From assembly GCA_031269345.1 (NCBI GenBank), contig JAISZH010000031.1, forward strand, positions 370-64,369: a DNA stretch of 64,000 nucleotides, read 5' to 3'. The DNA comes from Desulfovibrio sp. (lineage in GTDB: Bacteria; Desulfobacterota; Desulfovibrionia; Desulfovibrionales; Desulfovibrionaceae). The notes under the pieces were generated by a model that was not told the origin of the DNA, did no database searches, and was given only the letters and a program-made list of their open reading frames with translations. Below are positions 6,781 through 16,401 of the stretch, in pieces; within the stretch, counting starts at the first letter, position 1, and each line of letters starts with the position of its first letter. A program made the position numbers and the translations under genes.

Positions 6781-9765
6781 ATGAGTCAGGAATTCATGGA
6801 TCCGGAAATATTGGCGGATTTCATTATTGAGTCCAAGGAACATCTTGAGACTATCGAGCCAAATCTCCTTGAACTGGAGAAAGCCCCGGACAATTTATCC
6901 TTGCTCAATGAAATTTTCCGGCCCATGCACTCGCTTAAGGGAGCATCCGGATTTCTCGGTCTGAACAAGATAAACGGTCTCGCCCACAAGGCCGAGAGCG
7001 TGATGGACGAACTGCGCAAAGGCGCGACGGTCGTGACTTCCGAGATCATGGACGTCATTTTGGCCACCACGGATTTGCTAAGGCGCATGATAGAGAATTT
7101 GGAGACCGAAAACAGCGAGGGGGAGGTCGACACCTCGGAAGCGATAGCGGCCCTGGAGGCCATCTTGGCCGGAGAAAGTATTTCCTTGCAGGCAGGGCGC
7201 GGTGCGGAGGAGGCTTCCGCAACGGCGGCTTTATCCGCTGCGGATTCTGCCGATGAGGCCCCTGCCGGGGCGGAGGACGGCGTGACGCAAGCGGATGCGG
7301 CCGCGCAGGTTTTTCCGGCCCCGGACGGGAACGATGCCGGACAAACCTCCGCCGAGCGCAAACGGATAGATACCGAAACTTGGCTGGAATCCAGGGAGAA
7401 GCTTCCCGCTTACCCCCTGACCTCGTTTGGCGAACCGCATCTGCGCGACTTCATAGAAGAGGCCAAGGAAAATGTGTCCAGTCTTTCGGACGCCTTGCTG
7501 GATCTGGAAAAACACCCGGGAGGAGAAGCGGATCTTGTAAACGACATCTTTCGCTATTTCCACAATCTCAAGGGCAACAGCGGGATTATCGCGTACCAGG
7601 AACTGAACAGCCTGACCCACGAGGCGGAAACCCTGCTGAACTCCCTGCGCAACAATGAACGTGAGGTTTCCGCCCCTCTGGTGGACCTTTTGCTTTTGTC
7701 CGTGGACGTGATTGAAGCCCTGATTTTCTGCATAGACCCGGTTGCCGGCGCGGCTGCGCCTTTCGATATAAGCGAGGTTCTGGAAAAATTGCGTGCGGCT
7801 GTGGCCGATGAGGGCATATCCCTGCCCGACAGCCTCTTTGCGTCAGCGCCAAAGGAGGGCGTTGCGCTGGCTGCGGTCTCCGCCGCAACGGCGGCTCCGG
7901 CCGGGTCCCAGTCCCCTGTGGACAGCGAGGATGTGAAGATATTTAAAAGCACGGTCGGGCAGCAGTTCGCCCATATTACAGAGGCCGTCAAGGGCATGCG
8001 CGCAGACGGGAGCAACAGGGATTACGCCGACGCCATGTTCCGTTCTCTGGTCACCATCCAGAATTGCGCCGGCTTCATGGGGCTTGAGGAGATAAAGGTC
8101 TATGCCGCGCGCACGGCCGGGATAGTGGACAAAGGACGGGCCGCGGGCTTGGACTTTTCCATGATGGCGGACCTTCTGGAACAGGAATGCTTTATCCTGC
8201 GCGATTTGATATCCCCGGCTATTGATGCCATGTCCGGGAAAATTGATGTTTCGGCCGGGGCTACGGCGCCGGGCAGCGCGCCGGATACGGCCAAGAGCGC
8301 GGCTGGGGGACAAAAAACGGCGCAGCCAGGGGAAAAGAAACCGGAAGCGGCCAAAGAACCAGTCGCACCCAAACCTGTTGAAGCCGCGGCCTTGGCGGTC
8401 TCTGCCAAGTCCGCTGTGTCCGGCGCGCAGGGCGGCGCAAAGTCCGCCGTTCCCTCCGCAAAGCCCGCCGCCCCGGCGGTCTCTGCCGCAAAGCCGGCCG
8501 CCGCCAAAGCCGCCGCCGCTCCCCCGGCCAAACCCGCGGGCGCTGGTGAGGCCTCAGCCAAGGTTTCCTCCACTATTCGCGTGGATCATGAAAAGCTCGA
8601 TCACCTTATGAATCTCATTGGAGAGCTGATCATCAACCGCAACCGCTACTCCATGCTGGCCCGCCAGCTTGAGGAGACGGGCGCGAGCGTGGATGTCTCC
8701 ACGATTGCGCAAAATCTCACCGAGACCACGTATTCCATGGCGCGTATCTCCGATGATTTGCAGGATACGATCATGAAGGTGCGTATGGTGCCGGTGGCCT
8801 CGGTGTTTTCCCGTTTTCCGCGTCTGGTGCGCGACTTGTCGCGCAAAAGCGGCAAGGAAGTGGAATTGATCGTGGAAGGGGAGGACACGGAGCTGGACAA
8901 GAGCGTTGTTGAGGTCATAGGCGATCCCCTGGTGCATCTGATCCGCAATTCCGTCGATCACGGCATAGAGCCGGAAGAGGTCCGGGCCGAATTGGGCAAG
9001 CCCCTGCAGGGCAGCGTGTGGCTGCGGGCCTTCTATAAAGGCAACTCGGTGGCCATAGAAATCGAAGACGACGGCAAAGGCATCGATCCCGAGGCCATGC
9101 GTCAGGTAGGCGTGCGCAAGGGCATCATCACCCCGGATGAGGCCAAGAGCCTGGACGACCGGGAGGCCATCGAGCTTATCTTCGCCCCGGGATTTTCCTC
9201 CGCTGCGGTCATCACCGACATTTCCGGCCGCGGCGTCGGCATGGATGTGGTGCGCACCAATATAAAAAACCTCAAGGGGAGCATCAACACCGTCTCGGAG
9301 GTGGGAAAGGGCACCAAGTTCACGCTTTCCCTTCCCCTGACCCTGGCAATTATCGACGCGCTTATGGTCAATGTGGACGATGAAACCTTCGCCATACCCC
9401 TGGATGCCGTATCCGAGACCGTGAAGATAGAGGCGGAAAGGCTGACGGACGTCAAAGGCCGCAAGGCCGTCACTTTGCGCGGAGATGTTCTGGGGATCAT
9501 CAGTCTGGCGGAATTTCTCGGCCTGCCTTCGCACATGGACGAGGACAGCCTGTTGAACGTGGTGGTCATTCACGACAACGAGCGCCGCCTCGGTCTGGTC
9601 GTGGACCGTCTGCTGGAACGGCAGGAAGTGGTGATCAAGCCTCTGGGCGCGTATCTCGGGGACATCAAGGGGATTTCAGGGGCGACGATAATGGGCGACG
9701 GTTCGGTGATTCTCATCCTTGATCCGCACGAAATCTACACTCTCGCCACTTCCAAGGCCGTATAA
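6781..9765 (+). CDS. cheA: Chemotaxis histidine kinase CheA with two intact Hpt domains and one degenerate Hpt-like domain
   Basis: Hpt1 has PMHSLKGASGFLG and Hpt2 has YFHNLKGNSGII. The third Hpt-like unit reads LVTIQNCAGFMG and has no His. These are followed by an Ala/Pro/Lys-rich linker, a dimerisation segment (TIRVDHEKLDHLMNLIGELI), an HATPase domain (DDGKGID..GRGVGMDVV) and a CheW-like P5 domain. The start was moved to the ATG at 6781, which lies behind a GGATGGA RBS. Confidence 0.95.
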   Translation: MSQEFMDPEILADFIIESKEHLETIEPNLLELEKAPDNLSLLNEIFRPMHSLKGASGFLGLNKINGLAHKAESVMDELRKGATVVTSEIMDVILATTDLLRRMIENLETENSEGEVDTSEAIAALEAILAGESISLQAGRGAEEASATAALSAADSADEAPAGAEDGVTQADAAAQVFPAPDGNDAGQTSAERKRIDTETWLESREKLPAYPLTSFGEPHLRDFIEEAKENVSSLSDALLDLEKHPGGEADLVNDIFRYFHNLKGNSGIIAYQELNSLTHEAETLLNSLRNNEREVSAPLVDLLLLSVDVIEALIFCIDPVAGAAAPFDISEVLEKLRAAVADEGISLPDSLFASAPKEGVALAAVSAATAAPAGSQSPVDSEDVKIFKSTVGQQFAHITEAVKGMRADGSNRDYADAMFRSLVTIQNCAGFMGLEEIKVYAARTAGIVDKGRAAGLDFSMMADLLEQECFILRDLISPAIDAMSGKIDVSAGATAPGSAPDTAKSAAGGQKTAQPGEKKPEAAKEPVAPKPVEAAALAVSAKSAVSGAQGGAKSAVPSAKPAAPAVSAAKPAAAKAAAAPPAKPAGAGEASAKVSSTIRVDHEKLDHLMNLIGELIINRNRYSMLARQLEETGASVDVSTIAQNLTETTYSMARISDDLQDTIMKVRMVPVASVFSRFPRLVRDLSRKSGKEVELIVEGEDTELDKSVVEVIGDPLVHLIRNSVDHGIEPEEVRAELGKPLQGSVWLRAFYKGNSVAIEIEDDGKGIDPEAMRQVGVRKGIITPDEAKSLDDREAIELIFAPGFSSAAVITDISGRGVGMDVVRTNIKNLKGSINTVSEVGKGTKFTLSLPLTLAIIDALMVNVDDETFAIPLDAVSETVKIEAERLTDVKGRKAVTLRGDVLGIISLAEFLGLPSHMDEDSLLNVVVIHDNERRLGLVVDRLLERQEVVIKPLGAYLGDIKGISGATIMGDGSVILILDPHEIYTLATSKAV

Positions 9766-9780
9766 TAAAAAATCGGTAAA

Positions 9781-9799
9781 CCCCAGGCTTTGCCTGGGG
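9781..9799 (+). terminator. GC-rich hairpin CCCCAGG-ctttg-CCTGGGG downstream of cheA (possible terminator, no U-tract)
   Basis: 7-bp stem read directly, 16 nt after the cheA stop. No T-run follows it. Confidence 0.3.
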
Positions 9800-9824
9800 A
9801 CTCACAAAGTTTGACTCGAATTTC

Positions 9825-9856
9825 GAATCAAAACCGTAGCCATGCGGTTTTGATTC
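9825..9856. repeat. 12-bp-stem hairpin GAATCAAAACCG-tagccatg-CGGTTTTGATTC
   Basis: Perfect inverted repeat read directly. It is part of a run of hairpins at 9781-9900. Confidence 0.8.
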
Positions 9857-10001
9857 GGCGGCTGCGGCGAAAGCGCTGTTTCGCCTTGCCGATCGAGATG
9901 CTTCGCATTTCGACGTGACACACTGTCATGCTTTCCATTTCAAGATCAGCGACAGAGCGTTCCACGCCCCGTTCTTCACCGAGGCGTCATAGGCTGGTAT
10001 T

Positions 10002-11465
10002 CTATGACAACATGTCAAGAGCTTCGCGCAGTTCCAGGCGCAGGCGGTTGCGTACCGCCGCCCGGACCTCCGAGGACGAGGAGGAGAACTGGCCGGCCCG
10101 GATGTTGTATATCTGGGTTATAAGCTTGCGGCCCTCAGTCTGATCCGTGCGGCCGTTCTTGTCTTTTCCGTTTATCAGCCGTTCCTTGTTCACCGACCGC
10201 GCCGCCTGGCTGATGATGCGCGCGGCCCCTGCCGGGCCATGCTGGACGGCGGTGCTGAAGAGCACTTCCCTGAAAGCCTGCGGCAACTTCCGGAAGTTTA
10301 TGCCTGTGGCCTGAGATATGGCCTCTGTAGCCGGTTCGACATGTGTGGCGCGGATAAAGTCGCTTTGCAGACGTTCAAACAGGGCCGGGGTTTCATCGGC
10401 GATTTTTCTCCATTCGGCGGGCATACGTCCGGATTTCCCGCCGGTGTCGGCCGGTCCGGCGGTTAAGAGGCGTTTCGCCATCTCCGGGGCTTTTTCCTTG
10501 AGATAACTCAGGAAACCGCGCATTGTGCCGGGACGCGAGGCAATCTGGAATTTTCCGTAGGATGTGCCGCCTGTCCCGTCATAGCCTACGGCGGCGACGC
10601 CGTCCTCGCCGGATTCGAATTTTGCGGCCAGCGCGCCCTCGTCTTGCCCGCTTCGGGCATCGGACACAAAACGGCCGTCCTTTTCTGGAAAACTTTGCCG
10701 GCGTTGCGGCGTTGCCGGCCCTTGCGCGGCGGTTTCCGCAAAACGTTCGTTTCCGGCTTTTTTTCCGCGCGCGAAATCCGGCGCGGCCTCAAACAGGGAT
10801 ATTTCGCGCGCTCCAGCTTTGTCGCCTACAGGATCAAGCAGGGTCGCCCTTGTCTCAATACCTCGATTTTCGCCTGCCCTGTAGCCCAGATCACGCAGAG
10901 CAAGCTCGGCGTTTTTCGAGGCGAAGCCGCGTGCCAGAAAACTGTTTGAGTCGCCGGAAAGCGGGCCTCCGCGTAAGTTCAACCTGGAAAGGTCATTTGT
11001 CCGCCCGGTCACGAAGCTCGGCTGGGCCGGTTGCCCGTCCCGTTGTGTGCCCTGGGCGGGGTTTTGGCTGTCGGCTGGAATTTTGCGCGTATCCACCATA
11101 CCTATATCGCCTCTGCCGGTTATGGGCTGCTCTGCGGGAATGCGCCGGACAAGCCCGGAGGGGCGCTTGAACGCAGAATTGCCGGGCCTGGTATTCCGGA
11201 TGATCTGTCCTGTCTTTCCCTGGGCGGAATTGGCGGCCGGATAGGCCGCCTGGGGCACGGGAAAAACACCAGCCGCCTGCGCCGGATTCAGACCGGGAAC
11301 GCGGGCGCTGTTCCACTGGTTCTTGTCTGCCCGGCTCAGCTCTCCGGGCAGAAAAGCGGCGAAAGTTTCTTCCCGTCGCTTTGCCTGAACGGATTTTCGT
11401 TTCAAATCCGCGAGGTCAGGGTTTGTCGAACCTTGAAATCCCAAAACCGGCCTGTTGGTCACCAT
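10002..11465 (-). CDS. Hypothetical protein: low-complexity N-terminal two-thirds and a possible lysozyme/lytic-transglycosylase-like C-terminal domain
   Basis: Start chosen at the ATG at 11465, behind a GGGAGG RBS. The C-terminal segment FESGEDGVAAVGYDGTGGTSYGKFQIAS loosely resembles the ES...G(L)MQ signature of lytic transglycosylases. No confident family call is possible by eye. Confidence 0.55.
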   Translation of the reverse strand: MVTNRPVLGFQGSTNPDLADLKRKSVQAKRREETFAAFLPGELSRADKNQWNSARVPGLNPAQAAGVFPVPQAAYPAANSAQGKTGQIIRNTRPGNSAFKRPSGLVRRIPAEQPITGRGDIGMVDTRKIPADSQNPAQGTQRDGQPAQPSFVTGRTNDLSRLNLRGGPLSGDSNSFLARGFASKNAELALRDLGYRAGENRGIETRATLLDPVGDKAGAREISLFEAAPDFARGKKAGNERFAETAAQGPATPQRRQSFPEKDGRFVSDARSGQDEGALAAKFESGEDGVAAVGYDGTGGTSYGKFQIASRPGTMRGFLSYLKEKAPEMAKRLLTAGPADTGGKSGRMPAEWRKIADETPALFERLQSDFIRATHVEPATEAISQATGINFRKLPQAFREVLFSTAVQHGPAGAARIISQAARSVNKERLINGKDKNGRTDQTEGRKLITQIYNIRAGQFSSSSSEVRAAVRNRLRLELREALDMLS

Positions 11466-11551
11466 GTTGCCTCCCGCGCCGCTTTTGCAGCTTTTTGCGG
11501 AACATTTCAAGTGTGTAACGCTCTAAGGGGAAAGGGGCGCGCAAGGCTTTA

Positions 11552-11567
11552 AGCAAAGGCCGTGCCT
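11552..11567 (-). promoter_or_regulatory. Candidate sigma-54 (-24/-12) promoter AGGCAC-GGCCT-TTGCT
   Basis: The reverse complement reads aGGCACggcctTTGCT, against the consensus TGGCAC-N5-TTGCW with correct spacing. It lies ~87-100 nt upstream of the ATG at 11465. Confidence 0.5.
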
Positions 11568-11781
11568 GAGTTTATTTGTCAAGCATGATCAAGGTATTAA
11601 AGAAAATTTAGACTTTTTTTCCGTCCACGCCTCTGAAAGGAGTCAGGATTTTGAATACGGCGGTGGCCTGTCAGGCGGTTGAATTTCCGAATTGTTTTCC
11701 GGTCTGCCTGCCGGCGCCGAATTGACTTCACAGGCACGGGCTTGATAGAAACGTCAGAATCAGTCAACGGAGAGCTTCCCC

Positions 11782-13431
11782 ATGCCCAAAATCGCCGGCG
11801 GGCGCGCGGCGCGCGGCCCTTGTTTTTTGTTCCTTTTTTTTGTTCTGGCGTTTTTTTGCCGGCCCGGACGCATCGCGGCCGAAGAAACAGGCGCCGGGCA
11901 GACCCCTGCGTACGGCGACACGAGAATCAGCGCCATGATCGGGGAACCTTCAAACCTTATCCCCTATCTTTCCTCCGACAGCTCCTCCAGCGAGGTCGCC
12001 GGACATTTCTACATCGCCCCCCTCAAATACGATCGGGATTTGCAGGTTATCCCCTATGCCGCGGAAAGCTTTTCGCTCTTGGAAGAAGGCAGGCGTCTGC
12101 GCTTTACCCTTAAAAAAGGCATATTCTGGAGGGACGGGGTGGAAGTGACTGCGGACGACGCGGAATTCACCTACAGAATGATGACCGACCCCCGCACCCC
12201 CACCGCTTATGCCGGGGATTTCATGATCATCAGGGAATTCAGGAAACTGGACCGCTACAGCTTCGAAGCTGTCTACGAAAAGCCGTTTCCACGTTCCCTG
12301 AATACCTGGATGGGCGCGCTTCTGCCCAAACACGCCCTTGAAGGACAGGATTTGCGCAACACCTCCCTGATCCGCAGTCCTCTGAGTTGCGGTCCCTACG
12401 TCTTAAGCGAATGGGAGCCCGGAGCCAAGTTGACCTTGAACGTCAACCCGGATTATTTCCTGGGCCGCCCCTATATCGATCGCCTGATCTACCGCATCAT
12501 TCCGGATGTGACCACGATGTTTCTGGAGCTTAAAGCGGGAAAGCTGGACGTGATGGGTTCGCTTACCGGTTTGCAGTACAGCCGGCAGGCCACGGAAGCG
12601 GCCTTTCAAAAAGAATTCGCCACCTACCGCACCTTGGCTTCGGCCTATACCTATCTGGGCTACAACCTGAAAAGCCCGCTCTTTTCCGATGCGCGCGTGC
12701 GCAGGGCCATCGCCCACGCCATAAACAAGGCGGACATCATAAAGATGGCTCTTCTGGGCCAGGGCGAGCCGACCATCGGCCCTTACAAACCGGACGCCTG
12801 GGCGTACAACCACGAGATAAGCGACTATGCCCACGACCCGGAGAAAGCCTTGTCCCTGTTCGCGGAGGCCGGCTGGAAGCCGGGCCGGGCCGGTCTTTTG
12901 GAAAAGGACGGGCTGCCTTTTTCCTTCACCTTGCTCACCAACCAGGGCAACGAGCAACGCGTGAAAACCGCGATCATCATCCAAAGCCAGTTGAAAGCCG
13001 TGGGCGTTGAGGTCAAAATCCGCACCGTGGAATGGGCCGCTTTTCTCAAACAGTTCGTGATGCCCGGTTATTTCGACGCGATCATTCTCGGCTGGACGTT
13101 GCCTCAGGATCCTGACGGCTACGACGTGTGGCATTCGTCACGCCGCGAGGGCGGGCTCAATTTTATCGGCTACGCGGACGCCGAGGCCGACGCCTGCCTT
13201 GAGGCAGCCCGTTCCACACTGGATCAGTCCGTGCGCAAAAAATATTATGACCGTTTTCAGGAGATACTGCACAGGGATCAGCCCTATTGTTTCCTTTACG
13301 TCCCCTACGACATTTCAGCCGTGCAAAGGCGCTTTCGCGGCATTGACCCCGCCCCGGCCGGTATCTTCCATAACACCGAGCAATGGTGGGCGCCGCTTGA
13401 TGAGCAGCGATACAGGATAAGCGCGGGATGA
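11782..13431 (+). CDS. ABC transporter substrate-binding protein, family 5 (peptide/nickel/opine type)
   Basis: Signal peptide followed by a typical SBP_bac_5 layout (..NVNPDYFLGRPYIDRLIYRIIPD..LLTNQGNEQR..ILGW..). No cognate permease or ATPase genes are adjacent. Confidence 0.85.
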   Translation: MPKIAGGRAARGPCFLFLFFVLAFFCRPGRIAAEETGAGQTPAYGDTRISAMIGEPSNLIPYLSSDSSSSEVAGHFYIAPLKYDRDLQVIPYAAESFSLLEEGRRLRFTLKKGIFWRDGVEVTADDAEFTYRMMTDPRTPTAYAGDFMIIREFRKLDRYSFEAVYEKPFPRSLNTWMGALLPKHALEGQDLRNTSLIRSPLSCGPYVLSEWEPGAKLTLNVNPDYFLGRPYIDRLIYRIIPDVTTMFLELKAGKLDVMGSLTGLQYSRQATEAAFQKEFATYRTLASAYTYLGYNLKSPLFSDARVRRAIAHAINKADIIKMALLGQGEPTIGPYKPDAWAYNHEISDYAHDPEKALSLFAEAGWKPGRAGLLEKDGLPFSFTLLTNQGNEQRVKTAIIIQSQLKAVGVEVKIRTVEWAAFLKQFVMPGYFDAIILGWTLPQDPDGYDVWHSSRREGGLNFIGYADAEADACLEAARSTLDQSVRKKYYDRFQEILHRDQPYCFLYVPYDISAVQRRFRGIDPAPAGIFHNTEQWWAPLDEQRYRISAG

Positions 13432-15596
13432 TCCGCATTCAGAACATATTGGACAAAGTGGGCGAATACCACAGTCCGGAGCAGGTCGATCTGGTGCGCA
13501 AGGCATATGTCTATGCCGCTGCCGCCCATGCCGGGCAGGTGCGCCTTTCCGGTGAACCCTATCTTTCGCATCCGCTGGCCGTCGCCAACACACTGGCCTC
13601 CATGCGCATGGACGGCTCCACAGTGGCCGCGGGCTTTCTGCACGACACTGTCGAGGACACAAAGGTCAGCAGCGCGGACATCAGGGAGAACTTCGGGGAG
13701 GACGTGGCCTCCCTGGTGGACGGAGTAACCAAGATCAGCCTGCTCAATTTCGACAGCAAGGAGGCGCAGCAGGCGGAAAACATACGCAAGATGCTCCTGG
13801 CCATGAACGAGGACCTGCGCGTGATTTTCATCAAGCTCGCGGACCGTCTGCACAACATGCGCACCCTGGAATACATGAAGCCGGACAAGCAGCGACGCAT
13901 CTCCCAGGAGACGATGGACATCTACGCCTCGCTCGCCAATCGCCTGGGGTTGCACCGGATCAAGCTGGAACTTGAGGACTTGAGCTTCCGTTACCTGCAT
14001 CCGGATTCGTACGGCCATATCGCGGACTGGATCGAAAGGCACCGGGCGGACGACGCCGAGTATATTGAGGAGGTGATCCGCATCTTTCAGGACGTCCTTA
14101 AGCGCAACCGGTTAAAAGCGCGCGTCAAGGGCCGGATCAAGCAGATATACAGCATATTCCGCAAAATGACCGCCCAGAATATTTCCCTGGACGAAATGCA
14201 CGATATCATCGCCTTCAGGGCTATTGTGCCGGAAACCAAGGATTGCTACGCGGTTCTGGGGCTGGCGCACGCCACATGGAAACCCGTGCCCGGCCGCTTC
14301 AAGGACTATATATCCATGCCCAAGGCCAACATGTATCAGAGCCTGCACACGACAGTCATAGGGCCCAAGGGAGAGCGCATGGAGATCCAGATCCGCAGTG
14401 AGGAGATGAACAACCTGGCTGAGAACGGAGTGGCCTCGCACTGGCTCTACAAGGAAGGGGGGCGCATCAAGGCCAGGGATGTAAAAGAATTTAACTGGCT
14501 CAGGGAGATGCTGGACTGGAGCAGGCTTGAGGATAATTCACGGGAATTTATGCGCTCTCTGCGCTTCGGCCTGTTCAAGGAGGAAATCTATGTCTTCACT
14601 CCGCGCGGACGGGTGATGGAATTGCCGGAAAATGCCACACCGGTTGACTTTGCCTATCAGGTGCACACGGAGATCGGCGACCACTGCGCCGGGGCAAAGG
14701 TCAACGGACGGCTCGTGCCCCTGTCCGCCCTCCTTAAAAGCGGGGATACGATAGAGATCATTGCCGCCCAAAATCACCACCCCAGCAGGGACTGGCTGAA
14801 ATTCGTCAAGACCGCCAAAGCGCGAACGCGCATACAGAATTATATCCGTACAGAGGAAAGGGCGCGCAGCATTTCCCTTGGCAGGGAGATGCTGGAAAAA
14901 CAGGGGCGCAGGCTGGGCGTGAACGTCTTGAAGGCCGTAAAGGACGGCTCCTTGTTAAAATGCGCGTTGGGTCTGAATTACAAGGATGTCGATTCCCTGC
15001 TTTCGGCCGTGGGCTATGCCAGAATCACCCCGCGCCGCGCCCTGCATCTGCTTTTGCCCAAAACAGCGGAGCCGCAAAAGGAAGAGGAGAAGGCCGAAAC
15101 CAGACCGTCCGCCAGACCTGGAGGCGGCAAGGCCGACAGCGTGGTCATCAAGGGCATAGACGACATGCTGGTGCGTTTTGCCAAGTGTTGCAACCCGGTG
15201 CCGGGAGACGCCATCATCGGCTACATCAGCCGGGGTCGGGGCGTGGCCGTGCATACCGCCGACTGCCCCACCATAAGCCAGATGGAGCCGGAACGCCTTT
15301 TGTCCGTTTATTGGGAAGGAGGGGACGAGGTTCAGCCTTTCCCCGCCCGCATCCGCATCCTCTGTAAAAACGAACGGGGTGCCCTGGCCAGGATCGCCGC
15401 TGTTTTGGAAGCCGCCGGGGTAAACATCGATTCCGGATCGTTCCGTTCCGGCATAGACGGGCGCACGGAAATCGAAATGCTGATCGAGGTCGCCGATATA
15501 GCCCAGCTTCTTTTGACTTTGGATCGCCTGCACAAGATTGACGTCGTGCTTGAGGTCTCGCGCATGACGGCGGCGGGCGCGGGCGAGACAAGATAA
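13428..15596 (+). CDS. rel: Bifunctional (p)ppGpp synthetase/hydrolase (RelA/SpoT homolog)
   Basis: HD hydrolase motifs (HPLAVA..LHDTVEDT), a RelA_SpoT synthetase domain (YQSLHTTV), a TGS domain (VFTPRGRVMELP..DFAY) and a C-terminal ACT-like domain. It overlaps the upstream gene by 4 nt. Confidence 0.93.
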   Translation: MIRIQNILDKVGEYHSPEQVDLVRKAYVYAAAAHAGQVRLSGEPYLSHPLAVANTLASMRMDGSTVAAGFLHDTVEDTKVSSADIRENFGEDVASLVDGVTKISLLNFDSKEAQQAENIRKMLLAMNEDLRVIFIKLADRLHNMRTLEYMKPDKQRRISQETMDIYASLANRLGLHRIKLELEDLSFRYLHPDSYGHIADWIERHRADDAEYIEEVIRIFQDVLKRNRLKARVKGRIKQIYSIFRKMTAQNISLDEMHDIIAFRAIVPETKDCYAVLGLAHATWKPVPGRFKDYISMPKANMYQSLHTTVIGPKGERMEIQIRSEEMNNLAENGVASHWLYKEGGRIKARDVKEFNWLREMLDWSRLEDNSREFMRSLRFGLFKEEIYVFTPRGRVMELPENATPVDFAYQVHTEIGDHCAGAKVNGRLVPLSALLKSGDTIEIIAAQNHHPSRDWLKFVKTAKARTRIQNYIRTEERARSISLGREMLEKQGRRLGVNVLKAVKDGSLLKCALGLNYKDVDSLLSAVGYARITPRRALHLLLPKTAEPQKEEEKAETRPSARPGGGKADSVVIKGIDDMLVRFAKCCNPVPGDAIIGYISRGRGVAVHTADCPTISQMEPERLLSVYWEGGDEVQPFPARIRILCKNERGALARIAAVLEAAGVNIDSGSFRSGIDGRTEIEMLIEVADIAQLLLTLDRLHKIDVVLEVSRMTAAGAGETR

Positions 15597-15602
15597 CACC
15601 GG

Positions 15603-15642
15603 GTACGCTGTAACATTTAAAAATGCGTATCAAACAGCGTGC
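15603..15642 (+). repeat. Repeat family C, copy C2 (hairpin GTACGCTGT...ACAGCGTGC)
   Basis: Near-identical to 36415-36454 and to the reverse complement of 20642-20681. The flanking CCGCCGGGCGGACAA is also shared with 20618-20638 in inverted orientation. Confidence 0.85.
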
Positions 15643-15687
15643 TATCCGCCGGGCGGACAAGCGCGACGCGATGTCTCGCGCCGTTGC

Positions 15688-15718
15688 GGTTCCAGGCGCA
15701 AATTTCGCGCCTGGAACC
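15688..15718. terminator. 12-bp perfect hairpin GGTTCCAGGCGC-aaatttc-GCGCCTGGAACC between convergent rel and hsp20
   Basis: Read directly. Its position between two convergent stops suggests a bidirectional terminator, but it lacks a clear U-tract. Confidence 0.45.
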
Positions 15719-15731
15719 GGGAGAGGGGAGA

Positions 15732-16262
15732 TTATTTCTTGTTCACGGTGATGGTGCGCGCGGCCGCCTTTTCAGGTTCCCGGCGCGGCAGGACAATGGT
15801 CAGAACCCCGTTTTTGTGCTCGGCGCTCACAGCGTCTTCATCCGCGTCTTCCGGCACGGACAGGGTGCGGGTGAAGCTCCCGTACAGGCGCTCCGTATAG
15901 TAGCTGCGCGTATGCTCCTCGTCTTCGGCCTCCCGGGCCTTTCTTTCCTCGCGTTTTTCTCCGCTTATCACCAGTTCGTTGTCTTTTATTTCCACTGTGA
16001 TGTCGTTTTCATCAATCCCGGCCAGTTCAATATTGATGATATATTTGTCTTTTTCCCTTTGAATATCGAGCGCGGGACGGAATGCTCCCCTTACCTGGGT
16101 CTGCACATTGGTATTATGCAGGGATAAGCCGTCCATGAGCACGTCAAAAAGCCGATCCAAACCGGTAAAGCGCGAAAAATCCGGGATATTTGAAACGGCT
16201 GACGGCGTCACGAAACCGTTTGTCCAAACTCTGTTGGGCGAAGTAATGGCTATGGTTTTCAT
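15732..16262 (-). CDS. Hsp20/alpha-crystallin family small heat-shock protein
   Basis: Alpha-crystallin domain (PALDIQREKDKYIINIELAGIDENDITVEIKDNELVISGEK..F.R..SVPEDADEDAVSAEHKNGVLTIVLPR). The ATG at 16262 sits behind an AGGAGG RBS. Confidence 0.9.
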   Translation of the reverse strand: MKTIAITSPNRVWTNGFVTPSAVSNIPDFSRFTGLDRLFDVLMDGLSLHNTNVQTQVRGAFRPALDIQREKDKYIINIELAGIDENDITVEIKDNELVISGEKREERKAREAEDEEHTRSYYTERLYGSFTRTLSVPEDADEDAVSAEHKNGVLTIVLPRREPEKAAARTITVNKK

Positions 16263-16401
16263 ATTTAACCCTCCTTTGTGCTTGTTGCACAAAAGATAAA
16301 TTCTGGTTCGCCATAGTCAAGAGGTAAAGGTGAAAATTTTGGCGGCTTACGCCGCCCGCAAGGTCGGCGCGCCTGTTCTGTCATTTCAAGCGTGAACTGC
16401 T

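Noticed and set aside
10002-11465. Naming this protein FlgJ.
   Set aside because: I could not recognise a rod-binding N-terminal motif. Only a loose ES...YGKFQ resemblance supports any muramidase-like call.
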